DNA of 64,000 nucleotides, from IMG/VR virus record IMGVR_UViG_3300022744_000001, positions 322,022-386,021 of that record; one strand, 5' to 3'. Below the pieces are notes generated by a model. It was not told the origin of the DNA. It did not search any database and worked only from the letters and a program-made list of their open reading frames with translations. Positions 49,752-57,550 of the stretch are shown here, one piece after another; positions within the stretch are counted from its first letter, which is position 1; each line of letters begins with the position of its first letter. The position numbers were made by a program, and so were the translations under genes. The DNA comes from a virus.

Positions 49752-50158
49752 GTTGCCACCCGTTCCTTACTGACAAGAGGATCATAGGTAGAAGCCGCAG
49801 ATTCCCCTTTGTCTCGGCGTGCTGCTTCTTGCGCTTCTCTCCAGGTACCGGTCTCCTGTCCTTTGTAGTTGGGTTGCAACGTCTGAGGTTTCACATGGTC
49901 GCGTTTCCGCTTCTCCATGACCCCGACACGCTTCTGGCGATAGGCGTTCTCCTTGATGGACTTCGAAGCCCACCCACCGCTCTCCCCTTCCTTGAGAACA
50001 AACCCCAGGTTTCCAGGAGCGAAAGCCAGTTTGATCGGTTTGCCACAAGAGGTGCAGCCGACCTCTTTACCCGCTTTGACTTCGTCGTACTCGAGGTACG
50101 ATAGCCGTCGGTCTTCAACTCGTCCGCACTCGTGGCATTCAACTTGATATGTAGGCAT
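49748..50158 (-). CDS. FmdB-type zinc-ribbon protein (second copy)
   Basis: MPTYQVECHECG...GCTSCG...GFVLKEG..GGW. Confidence 0.8.
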   Translation of the reverse strand: MPTYQVECHECGRVEDRRLSYLEYDEVKAGKEVGCTSCGKPIKLAFAPGNLGFVLKEGESGGWASKSIKENAYRQKRVGVMEKRKRDHVKPQTLQPNYKGQETGTWREAQEAARRDKGESAASTYDPLVSKERVAT

Positions 50159-50167
50159 TCTTCATCC

Positions 50168-50992
50168 TCATTTTAGCGGTACCGTCCATTTGCGAACGTT
50201 CCCGATGACGGCTGCGACATGCTTGCACACTCGATTCACACCGAGGGGGTCTTTGATGACCGGCACTGTAGCAGTACCCCGCGGTTTCCCGTCGAGGTAG
50301 TCCTCTCTTTGGGCGTGGTGTTCTGACCCCAACCACTGCCACGCATTGCACGAGCAGGTGAAGTCCACGTCCATCTTCGAAAGCGCTGTGACACGCCCCA
50401 TTCGAGAAGCTTTGAGCTTCACCGTCTTAGGGCCATTACCGCAGTCCACCGAGAACAACCAACGCAGATTCTTGGTGTCCGCACGCTTGAGCGTAGCCGA
50501 GCACTTGCCCGACCTTTTCACTACCTGGGGGTTCAACCCAGTTTCAATGTCCGCGAACCGAGCCGCCACCTTGACCGGAGCCTCGAGATTGACTCGAATC
50601 GACGGGCCGACCTCGGCGAGGTAGTTGTGAGCAACCCTCAAAATGATCGCAGCATTGTGCTCGTTGGGAACCCCATCTCGATAGGGGTACTTCGTCTTGC
50701 TGGTGTCGTCGGGGCCAGGGCGACGCATGGTGGGCCGCGCCTTCGAATGGTCAATCTCGTCTGACTTCGACTGATCCTTCAAAAGGTCGTCCGCATTGTC
50801 CACGTGGTACATGGACTCGTCGCTCTTGGAGGGCTCTCGAGGGCCTTCCTCCGAGGGCTTGGCGAACGTGGAGGACCCAGGGATATCTGGGCTCAAGGAT
50901 ACACCCTTGCCCCCCGGGTCCCCTTTGGGAAGGCCCGACTCTCCTAAACGATTCTCACCGTACGGTGGGCGTGTGACGAGCGGGCCACCCAT
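50168..50992 (-). CDS. SWIM-type zinc-finger protein
   Basis: FTCSCNAW...VCKHVAAV (CxC...CxH); disordered N-terminus. Confidence 0.72.
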   Translation of the reverse strand: MGGPLVTRPPYGENRLGESGLPKGDPGGKGVSLSPDIPGSSTFAKPSEEGPREPSKSDESMYHVDNADDLLKDQSKSDEIDHSKARPTMRRPGPDDTSKTKYPYRDGVPNEHNAAIILRVAHNYLAEVGPSIRVNLEAPVKVAARFADIETGLNPQVVKRSGKCSATLKRADTKNLRWLFSVDCGNGPKTVKLKASRMGRVTALSKMDVDFTCSCNAWQWLGSEHHAQREDYLDGKPRGTATVPVIKDPLGVNRVCKHVAAVIGNVRKWTVPLK

Positions 50993-50996
50993 GGAG

Positions 50997-52490
50997 TCAC
51001 CCCTTGAACTTGTCGCCGTACTCGTCGTTCATGTCCTTCCACTTGGCCGCATCTTCCTCGCTCATGTTCTCGGTCGGGTCCGCAGGCTTCCCAGACTCAA
51101 AACGGGAAAGACGAAGGCCAGGGGGCAACGTATCGGGGTCGAACTGCTGCTTCCCTCGGCTGAGGGAGAGCATGAGGCGAGTAGAAAGCTCCTCTTGGGC
51201 TCCGACAGACTTCAAAACGGGCCCCAGCTCGCCCGCAAGCCATGCCAACTCCTGGATGGCCCACTTGTACTGCCCACCCTCATACTTGCGCATGGCAAGG
51301 ATAGCGTGGGTCTTGATGGACTCGAACGTAGAGTACAAACCCACAGCCTGGTCTCGAGGTGGGGTTTCAAAATCCGCGACCTTGCTCTCCTCAGAGGCAA
51401 AGTTCGTCATGGGACGACCCGAAGACAACGTAGCCAAGTTCTTGCGGAGCATGACCAAAGGCAACACGGGGACCCCGTACGCCGAACCAATCACACCAAG
51501 ACCATCGACAAGCCCCAGAAGGGAGTAGAACAGCTTGCCCGTATTACCCTGGGCGTACGCTGCCATGGCCTTGCGGGCGTACAGCATGAGTTCCTCGACC
51601 CCCATCCCAACCTGCTCTTCGGTGCTGTTCTCAGGCGGGGGAGTCAGGAGCGCGGACTTGAAGTTGTCCTTGTTCTTCTCGTGCTCTTCTTTCCAGGTCT
51701 TGGCGTCTTCGGCGCTCATGTTCTCGGTCGGATCGGCGGGCTTGCCCTCCTCGAACCTGGAACGAAGTTGCTCTTCGCTCAGGCGAATCCCACCGGTACC
51801 AGGACCAACTACCCACGGCTCCTTGAGGGAGTTACCTGGGCCCCAAGCGTCATCGGCGGACTTGAAGTTGTCCTTGTTCTTCTCGTGCTCGGTCTTCCAC
51901 TTCTTGGCGTCCGCCTCATCCATGTTCTCGGTGGGGTCGGCGGGCTTGCCTTCCTCGAACCGGCTCCGGCGAGCCTCATCCGCGGAAGGGGACATGGCAG
52001 CAATGACCGTTTGGAGGGCTTGAGCGATCTTGCTAGTGCTCGGGCTCTCACCACGCTTTTGCTGGTCGTCGATCACGTTGGCGATATGGCGGAGCGCCTG
52101 TGCAACATCACTTCCAGTAGCCAGCTTCCTCATGGTCATCTCCTGTACCTTGGGTGCACGGCGGTCGAAATGACGAATCCGCACGTCTTTGAGCACGCTT
52201 TCCAACTCTTGTACCTTCTCGGGGCGAAGCTCTTGTTTCAGCTCCTCGTAGTCGAGACGAGAAGCTGCCAGAGCCGTCGCATCCAAAGCCTTGTCGAGAC
52301 GAAAGAGAGCGTCGGGGATGGCGTAGAGAAGGTCGGCTGCCACTTCGTAAATGTGGTTCTTCTGGGTAGACTCCGAAACGAGCCGCATAGCCCGGTCGAT
52401 ATACCCCTTCAGCTGCTCACAACGAAGGCGGGCATCAGTCAGTTCTTCCATGAGGTAGACTGTGATGCCCGCGGTCTTCTCTACCATCAT
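50997..52490 (-). CDS. Putative internal head protein with three ~36-aa repeats
   Basis: SRFE.GKPADPTENM...DA..WK......D.FK x3; KTA/KLA/KSA/KVA motifs at segment boundaries. Confidence 0.75.
   Translation of the reverse strand: MMVEKTAGITVYLMEELTDARLRCEQLKGYIDRAMRLVSESTQKNHIYEVAADLLYAIPDALFRLDKALDATALAASRLDYEELKQELRPEKVQELESVLKDVRIRHFDRRAPKVQEMTMRKLATGSDVAQALRHIANVIDDQQKRGESPSTSKIAQALQTVIAAMSPSADEARRSRFEEGKPADPTENMDEADAKKWKTEHEKNKDNFKSADDAWGPGNSLKEPWVVGPGTGGIRLSEEQLRSRFEEGKPADPTENMSAEDAKTWKEEHEKNKDNFKSALLTPPPENSTEEQVGMGVEELMLYARKAMAAYAQGNTGKLFYSLLGLVDGLGVIGSAYGVPVLPLVMLRKNLATLSSGRPMTNFASEESKVADFETPPRDQAVGLYSTFESIKTHAILAMRKYEGGQYKWAIQELAWLAGELGPVLKSVGAQEELSTRLMLSLSRGKQQFDPDTLPPGLRLSRFESGKPADPTENMSEEDAAKWKDMNDEYGDKFKG
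51000..51965. repeat. Three dispersed ~110-bp direct repeats (about 51000-51107, 51652-51761, 51855-51965)
   Basis: Shared catgttctcggt core; copies 2 and 3 share ggacttgaagttgtccttgttcttctcgtgctc exactly. Confidence 0.85.
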
Positions 52491-52541
52491 CGTCCCCTTG
52501 TTCTCTCAAGCCTTCGAGACGATCAGGGCACAAGAGGACTT

Positions 52542-53663
52542 TCAACCCGCGAATGCCTCGGGGAACTCCTCGAGCAGGGCGCGCTTGAACTCGTCCGTTT
52601 CCGCGGCAAAAATGGCGCGGATGACGTCGGGTCGGTCAGTGTAGTCAAGCTGAATACGTGCCAAACGCCGCTTCCAGTGGTCGTCGAACGAGTAGTTGTC
52701 GGGGAAATCCGGGCACAGGGCCTTGGCGATGGACCGACGGGCGTCCGCCGTCCCGTCCTTGCCCCCTGGGAGGGTCGAGGCGGCCGGTTGCAGAGGTTTC
52801 ACGGAGCCTGGGCCATTCGTGTTGCTGAACGAGATTCCTTCGACCGTCTTGGTGCTCAGAACCGGCTTTTCGACCGTCGTAGGGATGTAGATCTCTCCAA
52901 CTCCCGCCCCCCTGGTGGTCAGAGTAGAGGTGATGCCCTCGGACACGACCACCGCCGCCGCTTTCTTCATCGGTGCAGGAGTCGGGGTCGTCGTGGGGAG
53001 AATGCCTTTGGCAAGAAGTTCTGCGTCGTACACAGACTTTCGAGCCTCTTTGTCAGCCAGGTACTTCGCCTGGTCCTCTTCGCTGAGGCGAGCCAAATAC
53101 TCGCTCTCACTCAAACCCTCACCGGGGTCGATTTTCACAGCGTTGGCCTGGTGGATGGCCTCACCCGCACGAGACATATCGGTCGAAGTCTTGGCCGAAG
53201 TCTTGAAAGTGCGAGCCACGGGACGGGCATCTTGGGGCTCAATGTCATAACCATGCCCTCGAGCCGACGCGGCACGTTGCTGGTTTGCACTCGCCACACG
53301 AGTTTCACGAGAGCCCACCACACGTTCATCCGACTGCACCGTGACAGCAGCAGTCCGAACCGGAGGCGTGGTCAAACTCTGCTCGTTGGTTACAGCCGGT
53401 CGAAGCCCAATGTTGGCTGAAACCGGGGCAGCCATCGGCCCACCGGGAACGTACTTGGCGCTGGGCACCAACCACCCCAGACGAATCGCACCCCGAAGCT
53501 GGGGCAGCATGTACTTTTCCTCGTTGAAAACGACGGTGGTACCGTCAAAGAGGATTTCCGAGCCATCGGGGATGTTCTGTCCTGTGGTACCCAACGCGAA
53601 AGACCGCGTTGCAATATAAGACTCGAACTTGTTGGCGGAGAATTTGATCTGATCCTGATTCAT
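52542..53663 (-). CDS. Hypothetical protein
   Basis: 373 aa, AGGAGG SD; C-terminal FPDNYSFDDHWKRRL domain. Confidence 0.75.
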   Translation of the reverse strand: MNQDQIKFSANKFESYIATRSFALGTTGQNIPDGSEILFDGTTVVFNEEKYMLPQLRGAIRLGWLVPSAKYVPGGPMAAPVSANIGLRPAVTNEQSLTTPPVRTAAVTVQSDERVVGSRETRVASANQQRAASARGHGYDIEPQDARPVARTFKTSAKTSTDMSRAGEAIHQANAVKIDPGEGLSESEYLARLSEEDQAKYLADKEARKSVYDAELLAKGILPTTTPTPAPMKKAAAVVVSEGITSTLTTRGAGVGEIYIPTTVEKPVLSTKTVEGISFSNTNGPGSVKPLQPAASTLPGGKDGTADARRSIAKALCPDFPDNYSFDDHWKRRLARIQLDYTDRPDVIRAIFAAETDEFKRALLEEFPEAFAG

Positions 53664-53697
53664 CTGGGGCCTCCTATAGGGGGCCTATGACAAGTAA

Positions 53698-53743
53698 ATT
53701 AAAGACCAAGGGGCAGACGGCCCGAAGACCGACTGCCCCTTGG
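53698..53743 (-). terminator. Intrinsic terminator after HU gene
   Basis: Minus: CCAAGGGGCAGTCGGTC-TTCG-GGCCGTCTGCCCCTTGG then TCTTTAAT; UUCG loop. Confidence 0.8.
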
Positions 53744-53765
53744 GTACCTCTAACGAGGTTTCAGG

Positions 53766-54083
53766 TCACTTCTTCTTGGAGTCGTGAACCTGGCCGACTT
53801 CCACCTTCAACGCGCGGAAGAAACGCGCCTTGAGCTTCTTGCCCTCGGGCTTCGCCGCGATGGTGATGGAGGCACCGGTCAGAGGGTTGCGACCCTGACG
53901 CTCCGGACGCTTGGGCGTCTTGGCCACCGTGATCTTCACGACGCCGGGGAACGCGAAGACCTTGTTCTTCTTCAGCTCGCGCACGGCCACGTCCTTCAGA
54001 GCATCCACCACGAGACGCACCTGGGTACGGTTGAGGTCCGGCACGCGCTTCGAGATTTCCTTCACCATTTCAGTCTTGTTCAT
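53766..54083 (-). CDS. hup: HU/IHF-family histone-like DNA-binding protein
   Basis: MNKTEMVKEIS...FPGVVKITV...RQGRNPLTGASITIAAK; start ATG 54083 with GAAGGA SD. Confidence 0.92.
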   Translation of the reverse strand: MNKTEMVKEISKRVPDLNRTQVRLVVDALKDVAVRELKKNKVFAFPGVVKITVAKTPKRPERQGRNPLTGASITIAAKPEGKKLKARFFRALKVEVGQVHDSKKK

Positions 54084-54183
54084 TTTGGGTTCCTTCCGAT
54101 CTGGTTCATCTCGGGGGGTCTGGCACCACTTGTGTCGCTGGTACCTTATCCCCGTATGTCTAGGGGTTTGTATAAAAGGAAAA

Positions 54184-54453
54184 TCACTCCCCGGAATCCC
54201 AGGGTGTGATTTCAATGCTGGACACCGGGACGAGTTCTGCTTCCTCGTCACAATAGGCTTCGATGGGCGGAAGGTCATCCGCACTCATCGGGTCCTGCAA
54301 CACGGGGGTTTGCAGTTCTTCTTCGAACGCGCCCTCACCGTCTCGCTGAGTTTCGACCAAATTCAGATCTGTAAGCGTGGCAATCGATACCGCACCCTTC
54401 TGGTACATATCAAAGAGTGCAGAGTCCTTGGCGCCTTTGTCCGAAGCAGTCAT
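54184..54453 (-). CDS. Small acidic hypothetical protein
   Basis: 89 aa between the MCP terminator and the HU upstream region; preceded by CGGTGTA motif. Confidence 0.5.
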   Translation of the reverse strand: MTASDKGAKDSALFDMYQKGAVSIATLTDLNLVETQRDGEGAFEEELQTPVLQDPMSADDLPPIEAYCDEEAELVPVSSIEITPWDSGE

Positions 54454-54471
54454 TGGAAGCTAGGTACACCG

Positions 54472-54510
54472 AAAAACAAAAGGGCCGCTCGGTTTTCCCG
54501 AGCAGCCCTT
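54472..54510 (-). terminator. Intrinsic terminator after major capsid gene
   Basis: Minus: AAGGGCTGCTCGG-GAAAA-CCGAGCGGCCCTT then TTGTTTTT. Confidence 0.85.
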
Positions 54511-54530
54511 CAAGTACCTACGCTGTCCGG

Positions 54531-55403
54531 TCAGACGCGCGTGACGATCAAGCGCGTGAGGCCGCGGGGGTTGAACGCCCCGATGCCCACGTTCTCGAAG
54601 CACGAGAATCCGATCGTACGAGCCTTGGGGTCGTCCGCCGAGAGCACGGTGAGTTCCGTACGGACGGGGAAGCGACCGAAGTTCTCGGGCTCGCAGCACA
54701 CGTAGATGAAGCCCGCAGGTACCAAGCGGCTCGTGATGATCTGGGCGCCCCAAAGGGTTGCCTGGAGACCAGTCTTGAGCAACACGGCCTGAGACTCGAT
54801 GTCCAAGATGTCACGGCCGAACTTGCGAATATCCGCGTAGTCCGTGGCGTTCATGTAGATACGAGCCACGCGCAAGTCGTGACGCTCGATTTCCGCGAAC
54901 GCATCCGCAAGCACCGAGGGGCTGACCGGGGCCACGACGTTGATGTCGGGGTTGGTCTGACCGGCGAGGGTGTCGAAACCCGAGACAGCGATGCTGTCCA
55001 GGATGGCGAACACGCGCTCGTCTTCCGCCGCCTGAATCTGGGCCTTCGCCAGGTCCTGAGCACGCTCGATGAGGTCGAAGCGGCGCTCCTTGATCTGGGT
55101 GAGGGGGATTTCAGGGTTCGAGGCGATCTCGAACAAGGGGAAGATCACGCGGCGAGGCTTCTGGATGGCGAGGATGTTTTCACCCTCTTCACCCACCACG
55201 TACGCCGTGACATCCGGATCCTTGTCGTAGATCGGCAGGGCACCATCAGGGAGCTGCTCCACGAGGAAGGTCTTACGACCCACCGCCGTGTAGTCGCGCC
55301 GAGAACGGAGCGGCTGAATCATCGAAGCAGCGAGCTTCGCGCGACCGGCAGCGGTCTTGATGTACTCGCTGATGATTTGCTGTTTGACTTCGTTGCTAAC
55401 CAT
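54531..55403 (-). CDS. Major capsid protein (HK97 fold, Bxz1/E3-like large myophage type)
   Basis: PLRSRRDYTAVGRKTFLVEQLPDGALPIYDKD...FEIASNPEI...IKERRFDLIERAQ...AAED; strong SD; followed by terminator. Confidence 0.93.
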   Translation of the reverse strand: MVSNEVKQQIISEYIKTAAGRAKLAASMIQPLRSRRDYTAVGRKTFLVEQLPDGALPIYDKDPDVTAYVVGEEGENILAIQKPRRVIFPLFEIASNPEIPLTQIKERRFDLIERAQDLAKAQIQAAEDERVFAILDSIAVSGFDTLAGQTNPDINVVAPVSPSVLADAFAEIERHDLRVARIYMNATDYADIRKFGRDILDIESQAVLLKTGLQATLWGAQIITSRLVPAGFIYVCCEPENFGRFPVRTELTVLSADDPKARTIGFSCFENVGIGAFNPRGLTRLIVTRV

Positions 55404-55424
55404 GTTCGTGCCTTCCTTTCTTTT

Positions 55425-56042
55425 TCAGACCCGGAGGTCCAGCACGAGCATGGGCGTGTTGGCGTCAGGAGCCGCCTTCACGATGCCCATGATGGTTGCA
55501 GATCCGCCCTGAAGAACCTCGTAAGAGTCAGCAGAGCGATTGGTGAGGAGACCGTTCGCGCTTGCGTAAAGCAAGTCACCGGCCGCATAGGTCAGAGCGG
55601 TACCCGCCGAGCCACCCTGAAGCTGGGCAGTCTCGTAGAGGGTCACTCCGATGCACGAGCCCGAACCGCACACGTACGGTCCACGACCGCTGGCAACGCC
55701 AGGGGTGTTCTCGTACGCATTGCCGACGGCATCATTGATGAAGATGCCGAGGGGTCGGATACCGGCAAGGAACGCGGGACCCGCGTTCACGACCGGGCCA
55801 CCGATCACGTTGTTGCCAGCCTGGGGGCGAGTGAAGGCGACAGAGCCGCCCAACACACCGACCTTCGTGATGTTGGCAAGAGTAGTAGACTTGACGTTGG
55901 TGCTCGTGTAGACGACCGGATTCGCCTGGGTGAATGCGTCGGCTGCCAAGGCACCCACAGAATTGCGGGTGACAATGTGGAACAGCTGCACTCGACCAGA
56001 GGTCTCCTTGAAGTCACCCGAGCTTTGTCCGTACATTGGCAT
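55425..56042 (-). CDS. Capsid decoration/cement protein
   Basis: RPLGIFINDA...ASG.....G...T.YET...YAAGDLLYASANGLLT...GIV beta-tulip-like pattern; immediately before MCP. Confidence 0.75.
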   Translation of the reverse strand: MPMYGQSSGDFKETSGRVQLFHIVTRNSVGALAADAFTQANPVVYTSTNVKSTTLANITKVGVLGGSVAFTRPQAGNNVIGGPVVNAGPAFLAGIRPLGIFINDAVGNAYENTPGVASGRGPYVCGSGSCIGVTLYETAQLQGGSAGTALTYAAGDLLYASANGLLTNRSADSYEVLQGGSATIMGIVKAAPDANTPMLVLDLRV

Positions 56043-56076
56043 GAATGCTCCTTGTAGAGAAAAGCGGGGCTACCCT

Positions 56077-56111
56077 CATTTACATTTTCATCTAGGCAGC
56101 CCGACGGGCTG
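56077..56111 (-). promoter_or_regulatory. GC hairpin + NARATG repeat element (after scaffold)
   Basis: CAGCCC-GTC-GGGCTG then CC TAGATG AAAATG TAAATG. Confidence 0.55.
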
Positions 56112-56123
56112 AGGAGACGCTAG

Positions 56124-57506
56124 TCAGCGGCCGTTGATACCGAACGCCGAACTCACATCCGGAGACGAGTTCCACATCGAGGAGAGGTTCGAGACGTCGT
56201 CTCGCTTGCCACCCACCGAGGGGAGTCCGCCAAGCTGGCTCACGCCCTGGGTAGGACGGGTACCAACCGTGCGGGTAGAAGCGGTGCGAACCGCATGGGC
56301 TTGCTTCTGCTGACCCTGACCCTGCTGGGCCTGCTCAGCATCTTCGGACTCCTGGTTGGCGAAGAGCTTGCGAAGCACTTCGTCATCCGTGGCGGTCATG
56401 GCGAACTCGCCCATGTCCATGGCCGGAGCTTCAAGCTCGAGGCCCATGTCTGCCACCATGGGGTCCTGCTGGGACAGCATGTCGTCGATGAGCTGCGAAT
56501 CAGCAACCTGCTGTTGCTGGCTCATGGGGCCCATGCAAGCCTGAGTGGCTTCCATGGCAGCCTTCACAGGATCCTTGCCGCTGGCGATAGCGTCCGCCAT
56601 GGCCTTCTGGATGCGGGCAGCGGCCTGCTTCTGCTGGTCTTGACCCTGGTCCTGTTGACCCTGGTCCTGCTGAGCCTGCTTCTGGCCCTGGTCCTGCTGA
56701 CCCTGATCCTGCTGACCCTGATCCTGGGCCTGCACTACCTGGGGCTGCTGGGCAACCTGCTGTTGCTGGGCAACCTGCTGCTGCTGAGCCTGCTGGAGCA
56801 GCTGAGCAACCTGCTGCTGCATCTGGGCAAGCTGCTGCTGAGCCTGCTGGAGCTGCTGGGCAACCTGCTGCTGCTGAGCCTGCTTCTGACCCTGGTCCTG
56901 CTGGCCCTGGTCCTGCTGGCCCTGGTTGGCTTCCTTGTCCTGGCCCTGGTCCTTGCCCTCGGCCTTGTCCTTCTTCTCCTCGTTGAACTTCTTCAACGCG
57001 GGGGGAAGTTCACCAGCCTGCTTGTCCTGGTCCTGGCCTTCATCCTGGCCCTCGTCCTGGTCCTGCTGCTCCGCCACCAGACGCTTGTAGGTGGCAGCAA
57101 GCTCGACCTCGGGGAGGTGCATAAGGCTGGTCGCCTGAGCCTCCACAGAGGTCTCGGAAGCGGTCTTGGGCAACATCGCCCTGGACACAGCCACGGCGAG
57201 GGATGCCTTCGAGATCAGAGCGGCCTCAGAGGCCGTCTTCTCGGGGTGGTTGAACGTGTCCTTGCGGAACTCCGGCTGGCCGATCTCGTTGCGCTTGACC
57301 TGATCACCGCTGTACTCGGCACGCCAGGTACCGGCCGACGGGTGGGGGTCTTCAGCAAACGTCGAAGGGTCCCCGATCACGTACTTGTCGCCGGGAGGGT
57401 TCTTGCTGACGTGGTCCTGATTCATCAGGTACGGGTCCGCACTCTTCATGTGGCTCGCCCTCTTGGCGATCTCTTCGCGGTTCCAGGTGGTGCGCTCGCG
57501 GGACAT
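56124..57506 (-). CDS. Scaffold-like Q-rich head assembly protein
   Basis: Between protease and decoration/MCP; QQDQG and QQVAQ repeats; many KQA/KTA/RTA motifs. Confidence 0.72.
   Translation of the reverse strand: MSRERTTWNREEIAKRASHMKSADPYLMNQDHVSKNPPGDKYVIGDPSTFAEDPHPSAGTWRAEYSGDQVKRNEIGQPEFRKDTFNHPEKTASEAALISKASLAVAVSRAMLPKTASETSVEAQATSLMHLPEVELAATYKRLVAEQQDQDEGQDEGQDQDKQAGELPPALKKFNEEKKDKAEGKDQGQDKEANQGQQDQGQQDQGQKQAQQQQVAQQLQQAQQQLAQMQQQVAQLLQQAQQQQVAQQQQVAQQPQVVQAQDQGQQDQGQQDQGQKQAQQDQGQQDQGQDQQKQAAARIQKAMADAIASGKDPVKAAMEATQACMGPMSQQQQVADSQLIDDMLSQQDPMVADMGLELEAPAMDMGEFAMTATDDEVLRKLFANQESEDAEQAQQGQGQQKQAHAVRTASTRTVGTRPTQGVSQLGGLPSVGGKRDDVSNLSSMWNSSPDVSSAFGINGR
56625..57069. repeat. 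Coding tandem repeats (15-nt QQDQG units, CAG-rich QQQQVA units)
   Basis: Repeated ccctggtcctgctg and ggcaacctgctg blocks. Confidence 0.85.
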
Positions 57507-57550
57507 TGCGGGGTTTCCTTTCCTTGTGGAGAGCAGTATAAAAACTTCCG

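Noticed and set aside
51000-51965. Direct repeats as CRISPR array or DGR template/variable pair
   Set aside because: Repeats are in-frame protein modules with irregular spacing; differences do not look adenine-specific; no cas or reverse transcriptase gene in the window.
54531-55403. Encapsulin locus (HK97 shell plus ferritin-like cargo)
   Set aside because: Portal, protease, scaffold, neck and a full contractile tail show this is a phage capsid.
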